In this document: piece after piece, positions 9,004-22,100 of the stretch
Position numbering within the stretch: position 1 is the stretch's first letter
Layout of the letters: each line of letters starts with the position of its first letter
DNA from: a virus
DNA: 64,000 nt
Reading direction: 5' to 3' (one strand)
Virus record (IMG/VR): IMGVR_UViG_3300034095_000847
Notes under the pieces: generated by a model
The model's database searches: none
Seen by the model: the letters and a program-made list of their open reading frames with translations, nothing else
Told to the model about the DNA's origin: nothing
Translations under genes and position numbers: made by a program

Positions 9004-10839
9004 ATGTCAAGTAAAAAAATAAATGTGTCTGAATTAGATTTTGATACAATTAAAACTAGTTTAAAAGAATTTTTAAAAGGTCAAGAAACATTCCAGGATT
9101 ATGATTTTGACGGATCTGGATTATCTGTATTACTTGATATTTTAGCATATAATACTCATTATAATGCTATTTACAATAACCTTTCTATTAATGAAATGTT
9201 CTTGGACTCGGCAAGAAAAAGAAATAGTATTGTTTCTTTAGCAAAAACACTAGGGTATACACCAAAGTCTGCTATTTGTTCTAGCGCAGTAATTAGTATG
9301 ACTTCTACAGGTGATAATGAATCTCCTAATCTTATTATGTTACCGGCGTATTCACCATTTTCTACATCAGTTAATAATAAATCATATACTTTTTATAATA
9401 GATCTTCATATACTGCATCAAAAAATACTAGAAATGTTTATGAATTTTCAAATATAACTTTATTTGAAGGTATTCCATTAACATACAAATATACTGTTGC
9501 AACAGGCACAAAATACATTATACCAAATGCAAATGTAGATACTAGTTCTATAATTATTAAAGTTTATAAGTCTGTTAATAGTTCAGATATTACTACGTAT
9601 ACTTTAGCAGAATCAATATTAAATGTTAATAGTACTTCACACATCTATTGGGTAAAAGAAATAGATGATGGATTATATGAATTAACTTTCGGCGATAATA
9701 ATATTGGAGTTGCTTTACATAATGGAAATATAGTTCAAATTGATTATATGGTATGTAATTTAGATGCACCAAATAATGCTAAGATTTTTACATATAATGG
9801 AAATTCATTATATTCAGGTTTTAATATACCTAATATAACTACTATCTCTTATGCGAGCAGTGGAGAATCTTCTGAAAATTTAGATTCAATTAAATTTAAT
9901 GCACCTAGAGTTTATTCAGCTCAAGATAGAGCAGTAACAGCAGATGATTATAAAGCATTAATATATTCACAATTATCTGATGTTGATTCTGTTACAGTTT
10001 GGGGTGGTGAAGATGCAACACCACCCATATATGGTAAAATATTCATTTGTGTTAAACCGCAAAGCGGTAATTTCTTAACACAACAGCAAAAAGATTACTT
10101 ATTGTATGATATCCTTAAACCTAAAAAAGTTACTACTGTTACACCTGTAATTGTAGATGCAGATTATATTAATATTGGGTTAGATGTAACTGTATATTAT
10201 AATGAATTAGAAACTACAAGATCAAGTGCACAATTACAAACAATTGTACAAAATGAAATTGAAAACTATAATCAAAATGATTTACAAAAATTTGATGGTA
10301 TTTTAAGATATTCAAAATTAAGTAAATTAATAGATAATTCTGAATCATCTATATTAAATAATATAACAACAGTAACTTTATATCGTAAGATTGCACCAAA
10401 ATATAATATTTCTGCTCAATATAGTGTAAATTTAATTACACCAATATATTATTCGGGGGTACCTGAAGATATTATTTTAAGTACAGGATTTTATCTTTCT
10501 GGTGATACAACAAAAGTGTATTATATTGTTGATGATGGAGTAGGTAATATAGTTTTATTTTACTATAACCAAAATGTACGTGTTATTACAAATCCTAAAA
10601 TAGGAACTGTAGATTATAAAAACGGTATTATTAATATATACAATCTAAATATATCAATGATTGTTGGTTCTACTTTAGAACTTTCTATTAAACCTCAATC
10701 TAATGATATAGTTTCAGCATATACTCAGATTGTTCAAATTGATCCTGCTCGAGTTAATGTAAATATAATATCCGATAAAACAATTAATGGTAACACTGCT
10801 GGTGGTACAAACTACATCTTTGCTTCGAGTAGAACATAA
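9004..10839 (+). CDS. gp6: Baseplate wedge subunit
   Basis: ELDFD.IK..LK.FL, DYDFDGSGLS.LLD.LAYNTHY, AK.LGY.P and AQDRAVT..DY motifs. Confidence 0.95.
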   Translation: MSSKKINVSELDFDTIKTSLKEFLKGQETFQDYDFDGSGLSVLLDILAYNTHYNAIYNNLSINEMFLDSARKRNSIVSLAKTLGYTPKSAICSSAVISMTSTGDNESPNLIMLPAYSPFSTSVNNKSYTFYNRSSYTASKNTRNVYEFSNITLFEGIPLTYKYTVATGTKYIIPNANVDTSSIIIKVYKSVNSSDITTYTLAESILNVNSTSHIYWVKEIDDGLYELTFGDNNIGVALHNGNIVQIDYMVCNLDAPNNAKIFTYNGNSLYSGFNIPNITTISYASSGESSENLDSIKFNAPRVYSAQDRAVTADDYKALIYSQLSDVDSVTVWGGEDATPPIYGKIFICVKPQSGNFLTQQQKDYLLYDILKPKKVTTVTPVIVDADYINIGLDVTVYYNELETTRSSAQLQTIVQNEIENYNQNDLQKFDGILRYSKLSKLIDNSESSILNNITTVTLYRKIAPKYNISAQYSVNLITPIYYSGVPEDIILSTGFYLSGDTTKVYYIVDDGVGNIVLFYYNQNVRVITNPKIGTVDYKNGIINIYNLNISMIVGSTLELSIKPQSNDIVSAYTQIVQIDPARVNVNIISDKTINGNTAGGTNYIFASSRT

Positions 10840-13088
10840 TGTCAGATATTAAACCAAAATTATCATCATTAGTATCTGGACAACTTCCTGAATTTATTCG
10901 GGGAGATTACCAGACATTTGTTGCATTTTTGGAAGCATATTATGAATTTCTTGAATCTAATGTAAATACAGATTATAAAAGTTTAAAAGATATTGATAAC
11001 ACATTAGATTCTTTTATTCAATATTTTAAGCATGAAATTGCAATAAATTTACCTAATCTGCCTATAGATGAAAGGTTCCTTTTACAACATATAAGAGAAT
11101 TATATCGTGCAAAGGGAACAGAAGCATCTTTCAAATTATTATTCAGAATTTTATTTAAAAAAAATGTTGTAGTAGATTATCCATATAATAGTGTTTTAAT
11201 CCCTTCAGATGGTAAATGGATTCAAGACAAATCCATATTTGTACGTATTTCAAAAGGTACTCCTGATCTTATTGTTGGTAATACGGTAGATGTTATAACA
11301 TCTACCAAAACTTTTCCAATAACAATAAAAAGTTTTAAACCAATTGATCCTACTATTAGTGGTGATACACAAATAGTAGAATTATTTTATGATAAAGATT
11401 ACTTTAATACTATATCTGAAAATAACAAAATATTTTATCAAAATGAATTTGTTGCAGATGTATTATACACAACTACTAAAATAAATGTATTCGCCGGTGG
11501 AGTAGGGTTTAAACCTGGTCAAGTATATCCTGTAAGTTCAGGTAATGGTATAGGATCTATTGTAAAAATTAAATCTGTTGATAATGTTGGAGCAGTTAAA
11601 ACAGCAGAATTTATATCTTTTGGTGTTGGTTATGAAAGTAATTTTTATGCTTATATAACTTCAGATCAAGCAAAAAAGATAACATTTACTCAATTACCAT
11701 TTGTTATAGGTTCTTCAGGTTCTGGACCAGTAGCATGGAATGCTACATTTAGAGATAATACTGAAGAATTTATAGATTATGGTGTTATTACAAGACCAAA
11801 CTATAACTTAGATATAGCAACCCCTGCTTTAGGCGCGTTATATGTTGGAGATGTTGTACAAACATTTAATAATTCAACAACATATTCAACTAGTACAATT
11901 GATTCTACAGATATTTCTGTTCTTTATATTACTATAGGAGCAGAAGCAAAATACACAGGATATTTTAAAACTAATGATGGATTTATTAGTGATAGCATTT
12001 ATATTCAAGATAGTAAATATTTTCAAAAGTTCTCATATGTTCTTAAGATAGATGAACAACTAAGTAAATATGAATCATTTGTTAAAACATTAGTTCATCC
12101 TACAGGTACCTCTCTATTTGGTGAATATTCTATAACTAATGAATTTAATTTAACAGAATCTTTACAATCAATGATAAAGTTCTCAAATCTTGTATTAGAT
12201 GACAAGATTACAATGAGTGATAGTCATTGGTTACATTTTAGCAAATTATTGAATTATGAAAATGGTAATGCTACTTATGTAACATCTTCTATAAATAATG
12301 ACTGGGTTACTAGACCTAATGGAACTAATGGTGTTCAATTTAATGTTGCGTTAGTAGGAAGAGAAGCTACTACATCTACAGGATCAGTTGGTGTTTGGTT
12401 CCAAATAGCTCAAGTTGGTAAGCAATTAACATCAACTATTGGATCATTAGATAAGAAATTTGATATTACTCCAGTGGGTATATTATTATCTGGATATGCT
12501 GGTCAACTTGACAAGAAATTTGATATTGCTAATACAGGTAGTTCTATAACATTAAGTAAAAATACAGTTTCGCCACAACAAGCAATTAATATTAATGTAA
12601 CAGGATTTTCAACTATATCTAATGTTGATACCTTCTCAAGAAGTATGATAAAGGGATTAACTGGTAATAGTTCATCTTTATCAACTGGGATAACTGTTGG
12701 CGGTCAAGCACAAGGTATAATTGGAATTTCATTAGTTACTGCATTTGGTAATGAAAGTACTTCTATGACAGAAGTTAAATCTCTTACAGGTTTAAGTACA
12801 TCAACTAGTATTGGTTCTTTTGCACCTAGTATTATTATGACAGAGCAATTAGTTACTAATTCTGCATTAACTAGTATAGGATCTGTGTCTAAATATGTTA
12901 CTATATCAGTAAGTGGATTAGGATTGACATCTGGATTTGGCACATATAGTGAAGTAATAAATACTACATTAACAGATATTGCTACACCAAGTGATAGTGG
13001 TTATGTTGCATATAATGCTTATATATTCGGTCCTGATGTATATTTCAGTGATTCTACAGAATATTTCGAAGGCAAAACAAGTTTTTAA
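10839..13088 (+). CDS. Baseplate wedge initiator gp7-like with C-terminal ~20-aa repeats
   Basis: QLPEFI..DY..FV.FL.AYYEF, YRAKGT..SF..LFR.LF and IQDS.YFQ.FSYV...VHP.G motifs; follows gp6. Confidence 0.75.
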   Translation: MSDIKPKLSSLVSGQLPEFIRGDYQTFVAFLEAYYEFLESNVNTDYKSLKDIDNTLDSFIQYFKHEIAINLPNLPIDERFLLQHIRELYRAKGTEASFKLLFRILFKKNVVVDYPYNSVLIPSDGKWIQDKSIFVRISKGTPDLIVGNTVDVITSTKTFPITIKSFKPIDPTISGDTQIVELFYDKDYFNTISENNKIFYQNEFVADVLYTTTKINVFAGGVGFKPGQVYPVSSGNGIGSIVKIKSVDNVGAVKTAEFISFGVGYESNFYAYITSDQAKKITFTQLPFVIGSSGSGPVAWNATFRDNTEEFIDYGVITRPNYNLDIATPALGALYVGDVVQTFNNSTTYSTSTIDSTDISVLYITIGAEAKYTGYFKTNDGFISDSIYIQDSKYFQKFSYVLKIDEQLSKYESFVKTLVHPTGTSLFGEYSITNEFNLTESLQSMIKFSNLVLDDKITMSDSHWLHFSKLLNYENGNATYVTSSINNDWVTRPNGTNGVQFNVALVGREATTSTGSVGVWFQIAQVGKQLTSTIGSLDKKFDITPVGILLSGYAGQLDKKFDIANTGSSITLSKNTVSPQQAININVTGFSTISNVDTFSRSMIKGLTGNSSSLSTGITVGGQAQGIIGISLVTAFGNESTSMTEVKSLTGLSTSTSIGSFAPSIIMTEQLVTNSALTSIGSVSKYVTISVSGLGLTSGFGTYSEVINTTLTDIATPSDSGYVAYNAYIFGPDVYFSDSTEYFEGKTSF

Positions 13089-13109
13089 TAAATTTTAGGA
13101 GTTATATAA

Positions 13110-13550
13110 ATGATTAGTGATATAGTATCAGTTAAGGGTGATCTTGAAATCACTCTATCCGATGATAAAGGAAATATCAAACAACATATGGCAATACCCA
13201 ATTTAATTGTTACAGTTGGTAAAAATCATATTGCAGCAAGAATACAAGGTACATCTCAAGGTGTAATGTCATATATGGCAATTGGTACAGTTGCAACTAC
13301 TCCTACAGTTGGTGATTTAGCACTAAATACAGAAATTGCAAGAGTAGCATTATCAACGTATACAAATACCAATAATACTGTTCAAGCAACCGCAACTTTT
13401 GGAGCAGGTGTAGGTATAGGTACTTTAAGAGAAGCAGGTTTGCTAAATGCAAGTTCAAGTGGTACAATGTTGGCTCATACAACATTTCCCGCAATAACAA
13501 AAGCAAGTAATGATACACTTTCCATTAATTGGACTATTACAATTGCTTAA
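13110..13550 (+). CDS. Small virion structural protein (beta-rich, baseplate-associated)
   Basis: NL.V..G...IA, MAIGT, L..E..R, EAGL.NA...G.ML and I.W.ITI pattern; inside the baseplate operon. Confidence 0.6.
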   Translation: MISDIVSVKGDLEITLSDDKGNIKQHMAIPNLIVTVGKNHIAARIQGTSQGVMSYMAIGTVATTPTVGDLALNTEIARVALSTYTNTNNTVQATATFGAGVGIGTLREAGLLNASSSGTMLAHTTFPAITKASNDTLSINWTITIA

Positions 13551-13580
13551 CAATAAAAATTACTCAGAAAGAGAAAAATA

Positions 13581-16142
13581 ATGGCAGACACAGCATTAAT
13601 AAAATCGAGTTTACACAATTCAGTATCAGATAGTGTATACAATGATGTTATAACAAAAGGTTCAAATTATTATTACTTTTTGGGTAAAACTTTATCTTGG
13701 GGAGATGAAAATAATCCTCCTTTACCGATAGATTCTGCATCACATGAACATGATACACGAAATGAAATAATTTCGTTAAAGGCAATTAGTCCTAATGATG
13801 TTGCATATGTAATACCTAGAATTGATTGGATATCTGGTACAATTTATGATCAATATGATGATTGTTATTCGACTGAAGTTCAAGGAATTGATTTAATTTC
13901 AGGCGGGAGTGGATATGTTGTAGCTCCAACAGTTATAATAACTGGAGTAGGTCAAGGAGCGACAGCATCAGCAGTTGTAGTTGATGGTATAATTACAAGT
14001 ATCACATTAACAAATAAAGGATATGGATATACAGAAACTCCTGTTGTATCTTTTGATGGAGTTGGTAGTGGAGCTTCTGCTAGTGCAGTTATTATTATAG
14101 GTCAAGAGGGTATACAAAGATTAGAAGATACTAGTTATCATGTGTTAGCAGATAACTTTAATGTATACATGTGCATAGATAATAATAATGGAGCACAATC
14201 AACTTCAACTCCATATGGCGCAAGTGCAGATACAATAACTACATCAGATGGTTATATTTGGAAATTCATATACAGTATACCAATTTCATTAAGAAATAAA
14301 TTTCTTACTGGTTCCCATATGCCTATTCTTACGGCATTACAACAACAATTTTATTCTAAAGGTAATATACAGATAATTAAAATTGATGCTAGAGGTACAG
14401 GATATACAGGAGCTATTTTAAATGTTATAGGTGATGGATATTTAGAAGCAGATCCTATCTATGTATTAGGAGCAGTTATAACAGAAGTTGGTTCAGGTTA
14501 TTCTGCACCAACCATATCTATTGAACCTCCATTTAGTAATTCAACTCCTTGGGTATCTGGGGCAAATGTTATTTTATATCAAATTATAGATTATAACAAT
14601 AATTATTATACTATAGTTATACCTGGAACACTTACAACTACTGGACCTATTCATACCAGTGGTATAGTATCAAATGGAACTGCAGCTTTAGAATTTGCCG
14701 GAGCTCGGGCTACAGGAACTGCAACAAAAAATGGCAGTGGTCAATTAAGTTCTGTTACTTTAAATAAAAAACTTGCTACAATCGATGTAGCAAATATAGG
14801 ATCAGGATATACTACTACACCTTCTGTTTCTATTTCAGGTTCTGGTGGAGGAACTGCCAGTGCAGTATTACAAAATGGTTCATTAATTAGTGTACTTGTT
14901 ACAGGATCAGGATCGTATACAACTATACCTACTGTAACAATTGGTACTCAATGGACTGCTACTACATTATATACAATTAATCAACAGATATTTTATGCAA
15001 ATAGGTTGTATACAGTAACAATTGGTGGAACTTCAGGATCCTCAGCACCTACTCATGAAAGTGGATCTGCTACAAATGGAACTGCAACTTTAACTTATGC
15101 TGGTATAACTGCAACAGCAGCACCAACTATGAAATGTGGTGCAGGGTATTCTAAAGCGCCGGTTATTACTATTAGTGATCCTTCAGGTGTGAATGGTTTA
15201 ATAACTGCAACTACTACAATATCAAGTGCAAGATTAGTACCAATAATAACAAGTGGTCAAATTACCGGTGTTCAAATTATTGATGGCGGTATTGGATATT
15301 CTGTTGCTACTATAGATATAAATGGTGATGGAACAGGAGCACAATTAACTCCTTCATTATCAATTGGTGATATTAATTCATTACAAGCTAATGTTGAATT
15401 ATTAACAGTTTCTGGTAAATTAATGAATATCCCGGTAGTTTCAGGTGGATATGGATATGCAACAGCAACTGTTGATATAATAGGAGATGGTACTGGCGCT
15501 ACTGCAACAGTAACTGTAACTACCGGCAGAGTTTCAAAAATAAATATAGTAACTCAAGGTTATGGATATACTTGGGCAACTATTACTATATCTGGATCTG
15601 GAAAAGGAGCTACTGCTAGAGCAATTATTTCTCCATACGGTGGACATGGTAAAAATGCTTTAAACGAATTAAAAGCAAGTGCTTTAATGTTTTTTAGTGA
15701 TATATCAAACTATAAAAACCAAGGTTTTACAGTTAATAATGATTATAGACAAATTGGTATTATTCGTAATATGTATAGATATGGTACTACTTATATTGCA
15801 ACAACTGTATTTGAAACTGCGTGTTGGGTAGCTTATGCAAATACTAATACTACGACATTTCCTGCCGATTCAATGATTGCCGAATTTTCAACTAATTCAA
15901 GATTTAGAATTGTAACAAATACTGGAAGTGCAATGTTATTACAATCATTGGACAATTATACACTTGATGTTGGTAAAGTTATGTATCTTGTGTCAAATCC
16001 AGCACAAACATTTACTATGCTTGATGTTGCACCTCCTACTATAGATAAATATTCAGGTGATCTAATGTATATAGATAATAGACAAGCTTTTACACCTACT
16101 GAGCAACAAACAGTTACTCTTAGAACAATAATTGGATTCTAA
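13581..16142 (+). CDS. gp8: Baseplate wedge gp8-like protein with inserted GSGY repeats and CBM-like modules
   Basis: YYFLGK...W, VIPR.DW..G..YD.Y, VY.C.DNN, DGY.WK..Y.I, YSGD..YIDNR motifs. Confidence 0.85.
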   Translation: MADTALIKSSLHNSVSDSVYNDVITKGSNYYYFLGKTLSWGDENNPPLPIDSASHEHDTRNEIISLKAISPNDVAYVIPRIDWISGTIYDQYDDCYSTEVQGIDLISGGSGYVVAPTVIITGVGQGATASAVVVDGIITSITLTNKGYGYTETPVVSFDGVGSGASASAVIIIGQEGIQRLEDTSYHVLADNFNVYMCIDNNNGAQSTSTPYGASADTITTSDGYIWKFIYSIPISLRNKFLTGSHMPILTALQQQFYSKGNIQIIKIDARGTGYTGAILNVIGDGYLEADPIYVLGAVITEVGSGYSAPTISIEPPFSNSTPWVSGANVILYQIIDYNNNYYTIVIPGTLTTTGPIHTSGIVSNGTAALEFAGARATGTATKNGSGQLSSVTLNKKLATIDVANIGSGYTTTPSVSISGSGGGTASAVLQNGSLISVLVTGSGSYTTIPTVTIGTQWTATTLYTINQQIFYANRLYTVTIGGTSGSSAPTHESGSATNGTATLTYAGITATAAPTMKCGAGYSKAPVITISDPSGVNGLITATTTISSARLVPIITSGQITGVQIIDGGIGYSVATIDINGDGTGAQLTPSLSIGDINSLQANVELLTVSGKLMNIPVVSGGYGYATATVDIIGDGTGATATVTVTTGRVSKINIVTQGYGYTWATITISGSGKGATARAIISPYGGHGKNALNELKASALMFFSDISNYKNQGFTVNNDYRQIGIIRNMYRYGTTYIATTVFETACWVAYANTNTTTFPADSMIAEFSTNSRFRIVTNTGSAMLLQSLDNYTLDVGKVMYLVSNPAQTFTMLDVAPPTIDKYSGDLMYIDNRQAFTPTEQQTVTLRTIIGF

Positions 16143-16182
16143 TAAATAATGATAACAATACCTTTAGGACAAAGAGAGAATC

Positions 16183-19100
16183 ATGTTAGATTTTAATACA
16201 GAACCGTACTACGACGATTACAATGAAGATAAAAAATTCTATAAAATATTGTTTCGTCCAGGATATCCTGTTCAAGCAAGGGAATTAACACAACTTCAAA
16301 CAATTATCCAACAACAAGTTAAAAGACACGGCGACCATATTTTTAAACAAGGTGCAATGGTCATTCCAGGTGAATTTGCTGTTGATACAAAATATAGTTA
16401 TGTAAAAGTAGATCCTACTTATGGTGGAGTTGACGTAAATGATTTCATAGATTCTTTTATTGGTAAACAAATTATTGGTGATACTAGCGGTATTACTGCT
16501 GAAGTTCTATATGCAACTCATCATGACGATATTGATCCAGCAACATTATTTGTTCGGTATATAACATCTGATAATTCTGCTGCATCTGTACCATTTAGTA
16601 ATTCAGAAGTAATATCACTTGCAGATGAAACACATTCTGTACAATCTATCTCTTCAAATGCTACTGGTATTGGTTCTGCTGGTATTATACAAAGAGGTGT
16701 ATATTATATCAATGGATTTTTTGTTTTAGCAGATAGTCAAACAGTAATATTAGACAAATATTCGAATATACCTTCTTATAGAATTGGTTTAACTATCGAT
16801 GAAACTATTATTACTGAATATGAAGATGAATCATTATTAGATAATGCTCAAAATAGTTATAATTATTCTGCTCCAGGGGCACATAGACACAGTATCGATT
16901 TAGTTTTAACTAAACAAACAATTGGTACGACTACTGATTCTAATTTTATTGAGTTAGCACGCATTATTAATGGTAGAATAATTAGCATAAAAAGTGGTAC
17001 AGATTATGCTCAATTAGAAAAAACATTAGCAGAAAGAACATATGATGAATCAGGAGACTACACAGTTGTTCCTTTTGGTATAGATGTACGTGAACATAGA
17101 AATAATGATAGAGGCAGTTGGATATCTGATAGAGCATATTTGCTAGGTGATATTGTTTTAAATAGTGATAAACTTTATACTGCTAGAAATACTGGTACAT
17201 CTGCTGGAGCAACTGGACCAACTCATACTGTAGGTAAAGTATATGATGGTACTACTACAGGAGTTCAATGGGAATATACACCAAAACCAAATTATAATAG
17301 AGGTGTATACAATGCATTTGGTTCTTTAATTTCTATTGAAGTAACAAAACAAGGTTCTGGATATTTAACTGCTCCCGCTATTAGTTTTTCAGGTGGCAAT
17401 GGTACAGGTGCATCTGCAGCAGCTAAAATTAATAGTGAAGGTAAATTAATAGGCATTGATGTTATTAATCAAGGTTCTGGGTATACATCAAATCCAAATA
17501 TTATTATAACAAGTGATAGCGGTATAAATGCTGAAGCAGTTGCTTATGCTAATTTTGGTAATGAATCAAAACTTGCAATAGGCATGGAAGCAGGTAAAGC
17601 ATATGTTCATGGATATAAAATTCAAAAACCATCTACTGAATTTGTAGATGTAGATAAAGCAAGAACATATAATTCTGTAGATAACGCTAAAGTATCAACA
17701 ACAGTTGGTAACTATATTCTTGTTAAAAATTTAGCAGGTATACCTGATTATAAAAATAATGTAACTATAAACATTTATGATCAACTTGCTGCAGCAGGTA
17801 CTGTAATTGGTACTTGTAAAGTAAGAGGTCTAGAATGGGATAATGGTTTAGTATATACAGCATCAACAATATACAAATTATTTATTTTTGATATTGTTAT
17901 GAATGTTGGTAAAACTTTAGTTAGAGATGTAAAATCTTTTGCAGTATCTGATTTTGTTGCTGATATTAGTCCTATTTTAACTCAACTAGCAGGAACTGTT
18001 CAAAGTTCAACTACAACTATTTCTGGAACTGGAACAACTTTTTTATCTGTATTTAAGGTTGGGGATTATATTTCTATTGCTATGCAAGTTAGACGTATTA
18101 CTGCAGTTGCATCTAATGGTTCATTGACTATAGCTTCTGGATTATCTTCAGATATTACTGTAGGAACAAATTTTTATTTATTATCTACAGATATTATTGA
18201 ACCAAATAATTCAGGATTGATTTTTCCATTACCAAATTCATATATTAAAACTTCATCTGATATTAGTTATACTGTATTTGAAAGATTTTCTGCTTTAACT
18301 GTAGCATCTAGTCAAGTAGCATTCCAAACAACAGATACTGGAACATTTGCCTCAGCTGCAGCATATGAAAATTATCTATTATCTACATCATCAGCAATTG
18401 TTCCAATTACAGGTATAGTTGTTGCAGGAAATCAAGTAACAATATCTGTAAATAGTTCTTATAATGGATCAAGTGTAGTTTTATCTGCTGCAGTTAATAA
18501 AACTGGTGCTACGTCAACTAGAAGAACCAAAACTGCCACAATTGCTCATACAGAATATACTACTGCAGCTGCAGGCCAAGCAACAATTTTAAATCTTGGT
18601 TATGCGGATACTTTTAGAATTTTATCTATTAAAATGAAAGCAGGTACCTTTGCTTCTCCTACTGGTGATTATGTTATAGATATTTCAGATAGATATGATT
18701 TTGATAATGGACAAAGAGAAACTCATTATGACTATAGTCGCCTAACTTTAAAATCATCTTTCTCTCCTCCAACAGCACCTGTTCAAGTGTATTTTGAATA
18801 TTTTGCTCATGGTACTGGTGATTATTTTACTGTAGAATCATATACTGGTATTGGATATAATGAAATCCCAACTTATACAGGCTTTCCATTAAGAGATGCA
18901 ATTGATTTTCGTCCTGCATATAATGGTTCTTCTTGGACTTCTACTACATTTTTACCTAAAAGAGCTATTGATGTAAGTATAGATTATGATTATTATTTGC
19001 CTAGATTAGACAAAATCTATATAGATTATACCGGTAATTTTATTAATGTTAAAGGTACACCAAATATACCTCCTGTACAACCTCCAGTAATGTCAACAGG

Positions 19101-22100
19101 TATGGAGTTATATTCATTAACTCTTGCACCATATACATTAGACACAACTATTGATAATGTTATTTTCTCAAAAGCAGAGAATAAACGTTATACAATGCGT
19201 GATATAGGTAAATTAGAAAAACGTATTGAAAATTTAGAGTATTATACATCTTTATCATTGTTAGAACAAGAAACAACATCAATGCAAATAACAGATAGTT
19301 CTGGTTTGGATAGATACCAAAATGGATTTGTTGTTGATAGTTTTAATGGTCAAGGTGTAGGTAATACTCAATCACCTGATTATTTATGTTCAATCGATCA
19401 AGAAAATAATGAATTGCTTCCGTTCTTTACAATGCAAAACATTAATATGATTGAAAAAAATAAAACAGAAGGTGCTAGAACATCGAGTAATTATAAAATG
19501 TATGGTGATATTATAACTTTGCCAGTAGTAGATCATGTTAAAATAGCAGAACAAACTTTAGGTTCAAGAACTGAACGTATAAATCCATTTGCAATTTTTA
19601 CTTTCCTTGGTAAAATGGAATTGACTCCTTCATCTGATGATTGGTTTGAAACAGATCGTAAACCAGATATTATTAATAATGTTGAAGGTAATTATAATGC
19701 TATTAAAACACTTGCAGAATCAGTAGGATTACTTGGTACTGTTTGGAATGCATGGCAAACTCAATGGACAGGTAGACCTGTAGTAACTAATGCATATAGT
19801 GGAAAATATGCGGCTTTAGCAGAAAAACTTGGCGCGACAGGCGAAGCTATTAGCAGCAATGTCGGTTTAAACCGCAAAGCACATGGATGGAATATTTATG
19901 GAGGTTCTTACACTTTAACTACTACAACTGCTACTAAAGTTGGACAATCTAGAACTGGAGTTAATACAACTTTAGTTGCTAAAGTAGATACTCAATTAAC
20001 TGAAGATAGAATTGTTTCATCTGCAGTTATTCCATATATTCGCTCAAGAAATATATTGATTCAAGCAAAAGCATTAAAACCAGAAACACAATTTTATTCA
20101 TTTTTTGAAAATGCTGATATCTCGCAATATTGTACTCCAGCAACAAAACTAGATCTTGGAACTTCTGTTAGTGGAATATTTGATTATATTTCTAATGTTG
20201 GAGGAGATTCTTCTGGTGCTCAACGTAGAATAAATGGTGATACACAAGTTTGTTTAACAAGAGGTGATATTATATTTGTATCACATCGAGGTTCTACTTC
20301 ATATCAAACACCTGATTCTTCTGGATGTCCTGCTACAGCAGTTATTGTAGATGTAGAATATAATCCAACTACATTACATAAATCAATATATGTTGTTAAT
20401 ATTAAAGGTTCATTCTTATCTGGTGATACTGTAAAAGGAAATGTAAGTCTTGCCACTGGTACATTAGCATCTACGCCTGTGGCTAAAGTTGCAGGGGATT
20501 CATTAATAACTAACTTTAATGGTAGTGTTAATTTATTATTTGATATTCCTAATACTGATAGTGTTAGATTTAGAACTGGTAAACGCGAATTTAAACTTCA
20601 AGATACTACTACACCATTAGGATTATTTAATTCTAGAGGTACTGGAACATACGAAGCTAATGGAGTTTTGCAAACTAAGCAAGCTACATATACTGCTACT
20701 AGAAACGGTGAATTAGTACAAGAACGTTTAACAGATAATCGTGTTATTACAGAAACATCTGAAAGGATTGTTTCTGGTACTGGTTGGTATGATCCTCTTG
20801 CGCAAACTTTTACAATTAAAGATCAACCAGGAGGATGTTTCTTAACTAAAGTAGATATATTCTTTGCTAAAAAAGATCCTAATATTCCGGTAACTTTACA
20901 AATTCGTGAAACAGTTAATGGATATCCAGGTGCAAATATCTTACCATTTAGTACAGTTACATTATTACCTGAACAAGTTAATTTGTCTTCAACTATTGTT
21001 ACTGTAACTAGTGAAGAAGGTGGAAATGTGCCATATCCAAAATATGATACACCTACAACGTTTACGTTTAAAAGTCCTGTATATGTAAAAGATGGTACAG
21101 ATTATGCAATTGTATTATTAAGTGATTCTATTCTTTATAGAGTTTGGATTTCTGAAATGGGTAACTTAATTCCAGATTCTACACAAACTATAACAGAACA
21201 ACCTTATGCTGGCGTTTTATATAAATCACAAAATGGAGCATCATGGACCCCATCTGATACTCAGGATATGAAATTTACTGTGTACAGAGCAAAATTTGAT
21301 GTAACTGCAGTTGGTACTGTTGACTTTATTAATGATGTAATTCCAACTACTAAGTTTACACAAGCTTCAATAGATGCATATCCATTCCAAACAACTAGTG
21401 GTTCTGCAGTTGTTAGAGTTTGGCAACAAGATCATGGTATGCCTTCAGGAAGTACTGTTAGAATTAGTGGTATTGCAAATACCATAAATGGTATTACTGC
21501 GGCTAATTTAAATGGTGATAGAACTATATCAAATGTTGATATGGATTCTTATACAATTACTGCAGGAGGTAATGCTACCTCTTCAGGATATGCAGGACCA
21601 TCAGGTACAACTGAAGAATGGTTATTATCTAAAAATATTCAGTATGATGCAATTCAACCTTCATTTGCTAATTTGAATTTCCCTGAAACTAGTATTGATT
21701 ATAAAATTAGAACTGCTTCTGGAAAATCTGTTGATGGTTCTGAAACTCCATATGCTATTGATGCAAATTCAGTTGCATGTGTTGCCAATGATACAAATTA
21801 TTTTAATACACCAAGGATGATTGTATCTGAAGTTAATGAAACAAATGCTGGTTTAGGAGGAATAAAGCCTTTAACACTTACAGCAGAAATGAAAACCACA
21901 AAAGATAGTTTATCTCCTATTATTGATACTCATAGAGTTAGTGCTGTATTGGTATCTAATAAAATTAATAAACCATCTGAAAGTAATACAAATCTTGCAG
22001 TAATTGATGAAGTATCTGTATTTACTGGAACTGGATTAACTTTTAATGTTAAATCAGCAGACACAGTATATGGAAATGCTTCTATTAGTAGTACAAATGC

